Shown here piece by piece: positions 14,487-24,671 of a stretch of DNA of 64,000 nt. The stretch lies in the NCBI GenBank assembly GCA_964016885.1, contig OZ024742.1, positions 5,642,001-5,706,000 on the forward strand, in the 5' to 3' direction. Within the stretch, counting starts at the first letter, position 1; each line of letters starts with the position of its first letter. The position numbers and the translations under genes are program-made. The stretch is from Eledone cirrhosa. Taxonomy: Eukaryota. The notes under the pieces are model-generated. The model made no database searches, was not told the DNA's origin, and worked only from the letters and a program-made list of their open reading frames with translations.

Positions 14487-14529
14487 ACGATGCTGACGAT
14501 AGCTAATAAGCTTGAAACTAGTACATCGT
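14487..14529 (+). ncRNA. Minimal type I hammerhead ribozyme (family E, right arm)
   Basis: ACGATG-CTGACGA-tAGCTaataAGCTt-GAAA-CTAG-TA^CATCGT: perfect 6-bp stem I, CUGANGA/GAAA core, palindromic ACTAGT in place of stem III, GUA triplet. Confidence 0.9.
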
Positions 14530-14815
14530 TCCTTTGTCAGTGTTGAACAAAAGGGCAACGGTGGTTGCTAAACTCTGTACGGCTTAATTCGGGATGTTTG
14601 TTTACAAACAAACCAAGCATTATAATAAATGTTCGGTAAATCCATACGTACATATATATATATGTGTGCATGTATGTATATATATATACATACTACTGTA
14701 CGTCTGTATACATATATGTATGCACCTATACATATTTATATTTAAGTAACAGTCGTACTAAGAGTGAGAAATGAAATTTCGTTTCATTTTTTTCCATTTA
14801 TGCATATATATATAT

Positions 14816-14997
14816 AACAAAGGAATTGTGGTAAGGAACCAGATGGACCATAACGCACCAGAGTACTCAATACTTAGGGTAGTAGAGTGGGAAATAGGAA
14901 AATGTATGACCCCGACGGCTGAGCTCAAGCCGTTTCGACGGCTATTTTAGCCGTCGAAACGGCTTGAACTCGGCCGTCAGAGTCAAATTTTTTCCTA
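14816..14997 (-). mobile_element. Short family A insertion: tail plus fold-back hairpin
   Basis: 14816-14944 matches 10111-10239. It then folds back at GGCTA-TTT-TAGCC (~14946) and ends at TTCCTA before (TA)n. Confidence 0.88.
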
Positions 14998-15178
14998 TAT
15001 ATATATTGAGTATATATTGGTTGTCTACCGACACCTCAGTATGCATATATATATATATATTAATAAAAGGAATTCCAACTTTGTCTGATTTACTCGTTTT
15101 ATTTATTTACAATCCTTTAAATTTATATTGGTTTTAGAATGAAATAGCATGGTAGAGTATTAAATGTTAAGTGTTGAT

Positions 15179-15217
15179 TGAACAAGTACTTTCATGCTTT
15201 CGCAATCTTCAGGTTCA
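15179..15217 (-). ncRNA. Minimal type I hammerhead ribozyme (family B, intact core)
   Basis: Minus strand: TGAAC-CTGAAGA-tTGCgaaaGCAt-GAAA-GTAC-TT^GTTCA; palindromic AAGTACTT, GNRA-capped stem II. Confidence 0.88.
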
Positions 15218-15290
15218 TATTGTGTGGTGACAATCAAGTTTGCAATTTTCAACAGTTGAAAATTGCAAACTTGACTGTCACCACACAATA

Positions 15291-15329
15291 TGAACCTGAA
15301 GATTGCGAAAGCATAAAAGTACTTGTTCA
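15291..15329 (+). ncRNA. Family B hammerhead, G12A mutant copy
   Basis: TGAAC-CTGAAGA-TTGCGAAAGCAT-AAAA-GTACTT-GTTCA; GAAA has become AAAA. Confidence 0.7.
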
Positions 15330-15463
15330 ATTAACACTTAACATTTCATTCTAAAACCATTATAAATTTAAAGGATTGTAAATAAATAAAACGAGTAAAT
15401 CAGACAAAGTTGGAATTCCTTTTATTAATATAATCTTCTATACACAATCATACACACCCGTGT

Positions 15464-16190
<727 letters not shown>

Positions 16191-16191
16191 A

Positions 16192-16233
<42 letters not shown>

Positions 16234-16256
16234 ATATATTTTCAACCCGGAATAAC

Positions 16257-16320
<64 letters not shown>

Positions 16321-16982
16321 TGCTAGGATCCTGACGGCTGAGTTCCGGACATTTCGGCAGCTAGATTCGTTAGGATATACATACATACATACATACATAC
16401 ATACATACATACATACATAGATACATACATACAAAGATACATATATACATATATACATACACACATACATACAGACATGTATACATATATACATATATGG
16501 TGGCTGCCAACTCGTTTTCGAGTACGGCCACTACTTTATATCCATGTAGGAGAACCCCCACCGATGCGCTAAACGAGTGTGACTTTTTAGTCCAGCCAAC
16601 GACTTGAAACTCTGGTACAAACACTACACTTGTGACAATTATTGACACACAGTGCTGGGCCCATGGTACCATGTGACGACAAGTGCAGAGAGATCTCCAG
16701 ATATAAAGCAATGCCTGTGCCGTGAAGCTTTTATAGTGAGCAAAGGCACTGCACAAAGCCAGTCCCACTCTCTTAACCAAGATGATATTTACCAAAAAGA
16801 AGAACAAGTCAACATCATTGGATACCATCAGGGTTGCAGGTGTTATATCAGAGTTTTCCTTCTCCTAGACTGCCTTGACAAAGGCTAAGGGGTCATCTCT
16901 CCCGGAGGGGTCATCTCTCCCGGGCATATATACATACACACATACATACACACAAAGATACATATATACATATATACATACA

Positions 16983-17346
16983 CACTGGCGGACTGGCCAG
17001 GTTGCCAGGTTGCCCAATGGCAAGTGGGGCCCAGGGGGCTCACGGTAGCATTGCAGGGCCCACTGTAGTATTTTAGGGGCCAATGCTTTTCTTTAAAAAA
17101 AAATATATATATTGAGTGAGTGTGAAAGACCAAAGGTCATTATTGAAAGTCTCTGGATTTCGCAAAATACATATTTTTTATTGGCGAAGGTAAGATGTTT
17201 TCCGCAAAAATTTGATTGCACTGTTTTGTTTCCTCTAATGTATTGTTTGAAAATGTTATTTATTCATTATAAAAATTCAATGATACCATTCTATATGTAG
17301 GTGGGCCCCCTTCATCTGGCAACCAATATAGACCTAGTCCACATTG
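16983..17346. mobile_element. MITE with hAT-like terminal inverted repeats (family D, copy 1)
   Basis: Left end CACTGGCGGACTGG; degenerate right end CTAGTCCACATTG, which reads CCAGTCAGCCACTG in copy 2. 17134-17340 is homologous to 23528-24139. Confidence 0.6.
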
Positions 17347-17364
17347 TAAGTTTCATTGTTATAT

Positions 17365-17436
<72 letters not shown>

Positions 17437-18083
17437 GGTGGTGGGGAGAAATGAGGTACAACAGAAATGAAACATGGATTACAAATTAAATTACAGAAGA
17501 GAAACAAAACGAGGATGTAGTTTATGGAACACCCAAATCTCACCTTAAAGTCACCTTAAGTAGGAACAATAATATTAAGAAAGACATGAACGACACCGCA
17601 TGATTCTGTTTAGAAAATTTTGAAAGTAGGTTTATAAGTATGAATTTTCATAAGACTTTCGTAGTTGTCACTGTGGCCTAGCGGTAGGCGCTAGAGACGG
17701 TGGAGATCCTGACCTTAGGTTCAATCCTGGTCAAGAGGTACAAGAAACCTTTTTCAACCTTTATTTTTTCTATCGAAAAAAAAACTAAAATCTGGGGGAA
17801 CCCTACTCCTGACAGGGATCGAACATCAGACCAGACCCAACACCGTCTATGATTCGCCCAACTAGGCCACCGAGACATCTACAAAATATTATGAAAATTG
17901 ATAATTATAAACCTACTTTCAAAATAAAAGTTAAAAAGATGCGGTGTCGTTCCTGGCTTTCTTAGAGAGATTAGTAATATTTATTGTCGACTTGTCAATC
18001 TTCTGGCCCTTTGGAAAGAACCTTATTCCTATGTATGTTTAACTGTTGAATTAATTTAATATGATTATTTTAGAAAAAAATAA
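17342..18083. mobile_element. Family C element, copy 1: internal inverted arms each carrying a tRNA-like head
   Basis: Plus-strand A box TGGCCTAGCGG (17674) and B box GGTTCAATCC (17718). Minus-strand A and B boxes at ~17859-17869 and ~17815-17824. Flanking TTTTGAAAGTAGGTTTATAA / TTATAAACCTACTTTCAAAA. Homologous to 21281-22300 and 23177-23525. Includes a (GA)n tract at 17368-17432. Confidence 0.75.
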
Positions 18084-18262
18084 TATATATATATATATAT
18101 ATAATATATAACGGAGGAAATGTGGTAAGGAACCAGGTGGATCATAACGCACCAAAGTACTCAATACTTAGGGTAGTAGAGTGGGTAATAGGAACGAGTA
18201 GGACCCCGACGGCTGATCTCAAGCCGTTTCGACGGCTAATTCTGGACTGAATTAGCCGTCGA

Positions 18263-18510
18263 TACTTGTTCTAAGTATCCCATTACAGAGTTCGCGTAAA
18301 CGGGAGCAAACTTCGTTCCCATCGCTGTGCCTCTAATTTGGATGTAATTCTTTCCATTGAATAAGAGTGTGTTGTTTTCCAGAATAAGTTTAACTGCGTC
18401 TAATAGAAATGGCGCTGTGAATCTGATGGGAATCACTTCTCTTTGTTTTTCCACCCAGTATTTAACCGCCTTTATTCCTAAATCATGTGTAATGTTGGTG
18501 TAAAGGCTTA
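18263..18510 (-). pseudogene. Inverted fragment of the family B RT
   Basis: Minus strand encodes SLYTNITHDLGIKAVKYWVEK...LILENN..FNGKNYIQIRGTAMGTKFAPVYANSVMGYLEQ. The last ~60 bp duplicate 18512-18573 in opposite orientation. Confidence 0.9.
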
Positions 18511-18513
18511 CCA

Positions 18514-19651
18514 GCGATGGGAACGAAGTTTGCTCCCGTTTACGCGAACTCTGTAATGGGATACTTAGAACAACAACTCTACCAAAAAATAGAGGGAAAA
18601 TATAGTATTGACTTTAGAAAGTACATTGAAAAATCTTGGAAGAGATACCTTGGATGAGTTCAATATCCTCCTGAATAACCTACACCCATCTCTCCAATTC
18701 ACAAAAGAGATGAGTAGGACCAAATTACCATTCCTAGATATAATGATAATCAAAAACGACACCACCATTACCACGGATATATATTATAAACACACAGACA
18801 CCCATCAATATCTGAATTTTAAGTCGTGCCATCCACCTCATACAAAACGCAACGTCCCATACTGCCTAGCCAGAAGAATTTGTACCATTGTAGAAGATAC
18901 GAATACCAGGTACAAACGCCTAACAGAACTAAGAGAATTTTTGCTCAAACAAAAATACCCATCTCTACTTATAGAAAATGGCATACAGCAGGCTATAAAA
19001 ATACCTATACAACAACTTAGGACAACCCAAGGAAGAAGAAACCAAGAACTGGTCATACCATTTATAATGACACACAACCCATGTCACCAGAATATCTTCA
19101 ACACTGCCAAAGCAAACCTACCGATCATTGCTCAAAGTAATGAATTAAAAGGCTTAATCACAGATCGATCTTTGACTCTTAGTAAAAGACAGCCAAAAAA
19201 TTTGAAGCAATTACTAACAAAAGCAAAGTTTGACCTTAACAACAAAGCCCAATCATTCACTGTATCTAAATGCAATGATAGTCGATGCGGCACATGTCAA
19301 TCCATACACGCCGGTCAATATATGAAAACAAAAACTGGAAAAATATTCACAAATGCAAATATCAACTGCAAAAGCAGAAATCTAATTTACTGCATTAAAT
19401 GCCCGAATTGTGAAGAACTATATGTCGGTCAAACTGGAAATGCACTATCGGAACGTGCACGAGTACACCGTCAGCAAATCAGAGACCCAAATGTCCGTCA
19501 GATACCCCTAAGTAACCATCTAACAACATGTGGTCAGGGAATATTTATAATATTCTCATTCTACAAATTACACAGCCCAAGTGAAATCAAAAGAAAAATC
19601 AAAGAAAAGAATTTTATTGATAAATTCAAACCCAAGCTAAATGAACAATAA
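18514..19651 (+). pseudogene. Family B RT C-terminal half, Cys-rich linker and GIY-YIG endonuclease
   Basis: AMGTKFAPVYAN...WKRYL, then a frameshifting deletion at ~18650 removes the expected catalytic DD. Continues LPFLDI, YYKHTDTHQYLNFKSCHP, CNDSRCGTC, CKSRNLIYCIKCPNCEELYVGQT..LSER...H, KEKNFI..FKPKLN. Confidence 0.92.
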
Positions 19652-19698
19652 TAACGCTTAGGGGTATTACTCCTACTATGACTTTGACTACGACCACT

Positions 19699-19746
<48 letters not shown>

Positions 19747-19760
19747 AATAATAATAATAA
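19699..19760. repeat. (AAC)n(AAT)n microsatellite in the family B 3' UTR
   Basis: Direct reading of the sequence. Confidence 0.95.
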
Positions 19761-19890
19761 AAGTGATGTTGATGGTGATGATTACTAGAAAATGCTATTT
19801 TCATCATTTCTAAAAATAGCAAAACAATTGATGCTTTGGATAGGATTAATTATTCGTCGTTAGAGATGCTCAACCAGCCGTGACGCTTAA

Positions 19891-20018
19891 ACCAATCAGC
19901 TTTAGTAATTCAGTGAAACTACACACCGATTGGTCGAAAAACAGTTTGCAAGATTTAGCATTCTGGAGCCACTTTTCACTGTATATAAGGTACAAAATTT
20001 ACCCATCTCATTACAGTT
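19891..20018 (+). promoter_or_regulatory. Putative Pol II promoter in the family B pLTR (CCAAT boxes, TATA, Inr-like CAGTT)
   Basis: CCAATCA at 19892, ATTGG at ~19929, TATATAAG at 19982, CAGTT at 20014 (~32 bp after the TATA). Motif match only. Confidence 0.45.
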
Positions 20019-20051
20019 GAAAATTGCAAACTTGACTGTCACCACATATTA

Positions 20052-20090
20052 TAAATCTGAAGATTGCAAAAGCATGAAAGTACTTGTTCA
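20052..20090 (+). ncRNA. Family B hammerhead ribozyme in the element 3' end
   Basis: TAAAT-CTGAAGA-TTGCaaaaGCAT-GAAA-GTACTT-GTTCA; core intact, stem I weakened. Confidence 0.78.
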
Positions 20091-20206
20091 ATTAACACTT
20101 AGAATTTAATATTCTATCATACTATTTCATTATAATACCATTATAAATTTTAAAGGATTGTAAATAAAACGAGTAAATCGGACAAAGTTGGAATTCCTCT
20201 TATTAA

Positions 20207-20239
<33 letters not shown>

Positions 20240-20240
20240 G

Positions 20241-21270
20241 TATATATATAAAATTAAGTCTGTGTGTCTGTGTATTACCTGTAGGGGCCATCTTACGACC
20301 GATTTTCATGAATCTTTACAGGCTCATAGATTAGTCATCGGGGAGTGTTTTCTATATATCAGCGTATCGTTTTTTTTTTATTCCGGGGTCATTCTACAGA
20401 TAAAAATCGATGGGGGGGGGGCACCTTTTTTTAGGTATCGAAAAATAAGATTTTAGGCCCTAGCTCCCACATTTTGCCACCGATTTCGTTCAGATTTTAA
20501 AGCAAAATAGAATTTATCATTGCACATCCGGTAATTGCTTTATATTTTGCATTTGTTGTTCAGGGACGGCGTGGCAGCCGCTTAAATATTCAAAAATACC
20601 ACTTTTAGACTCAAATTTCCACTTTTTCGCTTCTAGCTCCCACATTAATCAACCTACTTTGTTCAAATTTTACACTACGCTAGATCTGATTATTTCACGT
20701 CTTGAAGTGGCTTTACATTTTGGATTTTTTGTTCAGGAACGGCGTGGCAGCCGCTTAAATATTCGAAAATACCACCTTTTCGCTCAAATCTTTGCCTTTT
20801 CGGCTCTAGCTCCCACATTTTTCAACCGATTTCGTTCAAATTCGAAACTTCGGCTCCACCTCACACATAAATCAATTTATTTGGTTCAATTTTTATACTA
20901 CGATAGAACCTATCATTAGCTCCCACATTTTTCAACCGATTTAATTCAAATTCGAAACTTCGGCTCCACCTCACTCATAAATCAATTTATTTGGTTCAAC
21001 TTTTATACTACGATAGAACCTATCATTGCACATCTTATAGTAGCTTTACACTTTGCATTTTTTGTTCAGGGACGACGTTGCAGCTGTTTAACTCTTCAAA
21101 ATACGATTTTTTCTACCTCCCACATATTCCATACGATTTCACTCAACATTTCGCCATTTTCTACACCTTAACACCGATTTTCAAGAAACTCGCAGTCGCT
21201 AAGATCAACACCTTTTCATCAAATCAGATATTATTTTACCTACCCAGGCAACGCTGGGTACTGCTGCTAG
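20241..21270 (+). mobile_element. Non-autonomous Helitron
   Basis: 3' hairpin TACCCAG-GCAACG-CTGGGTA (21241-21260), then CTAG|T at 21267-21271. 5' end TATATATAAAA...GTCTGTGTGTCTGTGT. Internal ~173-bp repeats (TAGCTCCCACATT at ~20461, 20634, 20807, 20917) and a 110-bp tandem duplication. Confidence 0.85.
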
Positions 21271-21784
21271 TATATATATATAATGACAATCATTGTAAGT
21301 TTGAATTCGACATGCAAAAACATATATGAGAGAGAGAGAGGACGGGAGAAAAAAGGAACAAAATGGAATACAGTTTAAAATATAGTCTAGATAGATGAGA
21401 AACAAAACGAGGATGTAGTTTATGGAGCACGCAAATGATTTAGAAGTCAACATTAAGTAGGAGCAATAACATTATGAACGACACCACAACACTTTGTTTT
21501 GAACATTTTGAAAGTAGGTTTATAAGTATGCATTTTTACAAGATGTCCGTAGTTGTCTCTGTGGCCTGGTGGTAGGTACTAGAGACGGTGGAGATCCTGG
21601 ATTTGGGTTCAATCCTGGTCAAGAGGTATATGTAAAATTTTTCAGCTTTTATTTTTTCTATTGAGAAAAAAACTGAAAATGTTTACTGGGAACCATATTC
21701 CCGACGAGGATCGAACTTCTGACCAGGATCACCACCGTCTACGATTCCACCGAGCTAGGCCACCGAGACAGCTACAAAGATATA

Positions 21785-21848
21785 ATTGTTTATACTTTTG
21801 GCACCAGGCCAGCAATTATCCCAGTGCATTATTGGTACTTTATTTTAT
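21785..21848 (-). mobile_element. 5'-truncated SINE (3' end only)
   Basis: Reverse complement matches 22176-22237 (ATAAAATAAAGTACCA...TTGCTGGCC..G..CAAAAGTA.AAACAAT). Confidence 0.75.
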
Positions 21849-22050
21849 AAAGATATACTGGTACTTTATTTTATAAAGATATAATTATTTTATAAAGACA
21901 AAACGAAAATTGATAATAATAAACCTACTTTCAAAATAAAAGTTAAAATGATGCGGTGTCGTTCATGGCTTTCCTAGAGCTATTAGTAATATTTATGGTC
22001 GACGTGTCAATTTTCTGGTCCTTTGGTAACAACATTATTATTCCTATGTG

Positions 22051-22235
22051 GCAGTGGATTGGCAGTATCGGTAGAGGGTCTGACGCCATGCTTTGCAGCA
22101 AAGAGGTACGGCCCTTTATGGTCTGAGTTCAAATCCCGCTGAGATTAACTTTGCCTTTCATCCTTACGGAGTCGATAAAATAAAGTACCAGTAATGCATT
22201 GAATAATTGCTGGCCTTGTGGCAAAAGTAGAAACA
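22051..22235 (+). mobile_element. Full-length tRNA-derived SINE with a 17-bp target-site duplication
   Basis: A box TGGCAGTATCGG, B box GAGTTCAAATCC, central TTTGCCTTTCATCCTT..GGAGTCGATAAAATAAAGTACCA. TSD ATTATTATTCCTATGTG at 22034-22050 and 22236-22252. The paralogous empty site is at ~18023. Confidence 0.9.
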
Positions 22236-22313
22236 ATTATTATTCCTATGTGTGTTTAACTGTTGAATTAATTTAATTTGATTATTTTAGAAAAAATAAT
22301 ATATATATATATA

Positions 22314-22377
<64 letters not shown>

Positions 22378-22379
<2 letters not shown>

Positions 22380-22592
22380 ATAATAATAAATTTGAAGATT
22401 AAAATCCAAAGACGGCTCGATAAGGATAAATATATATCAAATATATAAGAACCCTAGAGCAAATATTTATTCAAATAACAGATTAAAGTTTAAGCGAAGA
22501 ATCGCTGCTTTCACCCTTAACAGGATCTTCCGTTAACGGTGAAAGGAGCGATTCTTTGGTTAAACTTTAATCTGTTATTTTAATATATATAT
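22378..22592. mobile_element. Tail plus fold-back hairpin insertion (family G), likely a Penelope-type terminus
   Basis: Arms ~22462-22525 and ~22529-22592 are reverse complements with several mismatches. An unpaired ~85-bp extension on the left abuts (TA)n. Confidence 0.6.
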
Positions 22593-23142
22593 TGCAAATT
22601 TCTGTTTTATATGTTTATACACACGATATGGCTTTCTATAATAATAGTACTAAACACTGTTTTTTGGACCCCTTTAGAAATAACCTGCTACTATAATAGC
22701 CCCAACAACTTCTCTGTAATTCTGTACTACTTTGACCCCTTTAGCTAAATTTTGTCCAAACAACACCACTAGAAGAATTTACTTCCCCCGCCAAACCTAA
22801 CACGTCTCATTAAGCTAACTGCCGCCAAAACATTTTCTCCTGACAATCTCTACTACTCTGACAGTCTTAAATCCTAAGACTCCCTCCCCCTTACTCGCTT
22901 CCCTCTTCCTCTTCCCTTCCTACCTCCTTCTTTCTCTTATATCTAGTGTATAAAATATTTTCATATCATTCTACCACAAAGGTCTGACGACATGGTGTGT
23001 TTTCTTACAGTGTACCTACGATTTATGATAATATTTTTATATTATACAAATAGCGAGGTATAGGTAACCCATACACTATAGAAACAATTGTTACCTAATA
23101 AATTCTTTATACCCGCATTTCCGTTTCATAAACTTCTTCTTC

Positions 23143-23176
<34 letters not shown>

Positions 23177-23180
<4 letters not shown>

Positions 23181-23525
23181 GACAATCATTGTAAATTTGA
23201 ATCTGGCATGCAAAAACATATATATATGAGAGAGAGAGAGAGGGGTAGGTACTAGAGACGGTGGAGATCCTGGCCTTGAGTTCAATCCTGGTCCAGTTTT
23301 TACTTTTTTCTATCGAAAATAAAACTGAAAAGGTTTACCGGAAACCCTACTCCCGACCAGGATCGAACTTAGGACAAAGATCACCACCATCTATGATTCC
23401 TCCAACTAGGCCACCGAGACAGCTACATAAACATGATGAAAATTGATAATTATAAACCTACTTTCAAAATCCCAGTTGTGTCGTTCATGGATTTCTGAGA
23501 GCTATTAGTATTTAGGGTCAACTTC
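23177..23525. mobile_element. Family C element, copy 3 (internally deleted)
   Basis: Same left end TAATGACAATCATTGTAA as 21281. The (GA)n tract is joined directly to GGTAGGTACTAGAGACGGTGG. Confidence 0.75.
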
Positions 23526-23526
23526 T

Positions 23527-24139
23527 GGGTCGTTATTGAAAGTCTGGATTTCGCAAAATACATAATATTTTTTATTGGAGAAGGTAAGATATTTTCCCGC
23601 AAAAAAATTGATTGACTGCTTTGTTTCCACTTATGTATTTTTCGAAAATGTTATTTATTCATTATAAAAATTAAATGATAGCATTCTGTATGTAGGTGGG
23701 CCCCCTTGATTCTATATGTAGGTGGGCCCCCTTCATTCTGTATGTAGGTGGGCCCCCTTCATTCTGTATGTAGGTGGGCCCCCTTGATTCTATATGTAGG
23801 TGGGCCCCCTTCATTCTATATGTAGGTGGGCCCCCTTCATTCTATATGTAGGTGGGCCCCCTTGATTCTATATGTAGGTGGGCCCCCTTCATTCTGTATG
23901 TAGGTGGGCCCCCTTCATTCTATATGTAGGTGGGCCCCCTTCATTCTGTATGTAGGTGGGCCCCCTTCATTCTATATGTAGGTGGGCCCCCTTCATTCTG
24001 TATGTAGGTGGGCCCCCTTCATTCGATATGTAGGTGGGCCCCCTTCTTTCTGTATATAGGTGGGCCCCCTTCATTCTGTATGTAGGTGGACCCCCTTCAT
24101 CTCCTGGCTACCAATATTTTTAGACCCAGTCAGCCACTG
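23527..24139. mobile_element. Family D MITE, copy 2 (right part) containing a minisatellite
   Basis: Homologous to 17134-17346; ends CCAGTCAGCCACTG. Confidence 0.65.
23682..24097. repeat. 26-bp minisatellite, ~16 copies (CATTCTRTATGTAGGTGGGCCCCCTT)
   Basis: Head-to-tail copies with no spacers. Confidence 0.96.
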
Positions 24140-24270
24140 AATACACAATACATACATGAATGTGTGTGCATGTGTGCATATGTGTACATGTATGTATGAG
24201 CGTGTATGTATGTGTGTGTGTATGTGTGTGTGAACGTGTGTGTGAATGTGTGTGCCTTTATATATATATA

Positions 24271-24348
24271 TATTAGGTCTTCAAGTATGAAATTTGTAGA
24301 AATTTGTAGAAAAAAAACAAATTTCTACAAATTTCATACTTGACGACT

Positions 24349-24354
<6 letters not shown>
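24271..24354. repeat. Small fold-back palindrome within (TA)n
   Basis: GTCTTCAAGTATGAAATTTGTAGAAATTTGT ... ACAAATTTCTACAAATTTCATACTTGACGAC around a short A-rich loop. Confidence 0.8.
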
Positions 24355-24432
<78 letters not shown>

Positions 24433-24549
24433 ATATATATATATGTATTGAAGTTTCCGTTGAAAATTGAAAAAGTCATAGGAGTGAAGAGTGCTCTATG
24501 TAAGTACCAGAGCTAAATTTAATGTATAATAAACAATACAATATAATTA

Positions 24550-24617
24550 CCTCATTACCAGAGGTTTCCCGAATAAAACGAATACGAAAAACGTCCTCAT
24601 TCGTTCATCGGACAAGG
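24550..24617 (-). ncRNA. Type I hammerhead-like motif (family H; CCGAUGA core)
   Basis: Minus strand: CCTTGT-CCGATGA-aCGAAT...ATTCGg-GAAA-CCtctGG-TA^ATGAGG. It lies in a ~185-bp segment (24445-24630) bounded by TA repeats. Confidence 0.62.
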
Positions 24618-24625
24618 CAATTTAA

Positions 24626-24666
<41 letters not shown>

Positions 24667-24671
<5 letters not shown>

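Larger units (their letters stand above)
14066..14692. mobile_element. Fold-back palindrome of a hammerhead-bearing terminal repeat (family E), probably a Penelope pLTR or non-autonomous derivative
   Basis: Arms ~14066-14352 and ~14403-14692 are near-perfect reverse complements around a ~50-bp spacer. Each arm carries a hammerhead. Flanks are TA-rich. Confidence 0.85.
15058..15430. mobile_element. Fold-back palindrome of the family B (Neptune-type) 3' terminal repeat
   Basis: Centre TTTTCAAC-A-GTTGAAAA at 15254. The right arm matches 20015-20210. An unpaired ~40-bp tail follows at 15431-15468. Confidence 0.92.
18110..20210 (+). mobile_element. Penelope-like element family B (Neptune-type), 5'-truncated and 5'-inverted, capped by a family A terminus
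   Basis: (TA)n, then family A tail and hairpin (18110-18262), inverted RT fragment, forward RT/GIY-YIG, 3' region with hammerhead, and (TA)n. Confidence 0.9.
21281..22300. mobile_element. Family C element, copy 2, carrying two SINE insertions
   Basis: Colinear with 17342-18083; flanked by (TA)n on both sides. Confidence 0.78.

Noticed and set aside
16889-16923. 18-bp direct repeat GGGGTCATCTCTCCCGG
   Set aside because: Simple local duplication with no further structure.
17667-17876. Functional tRNA genes
   Set aside because: A and B boxes are present but no convincing cloverleaf; they sit inside a repeated element and diverge between copies.
23682-24097. CRISPR-like array
   Set aside because: Repeats are contiguous with no unique spacers, there are no cas genes, and the context is eukaryotic. 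The same applies to the large satellite.
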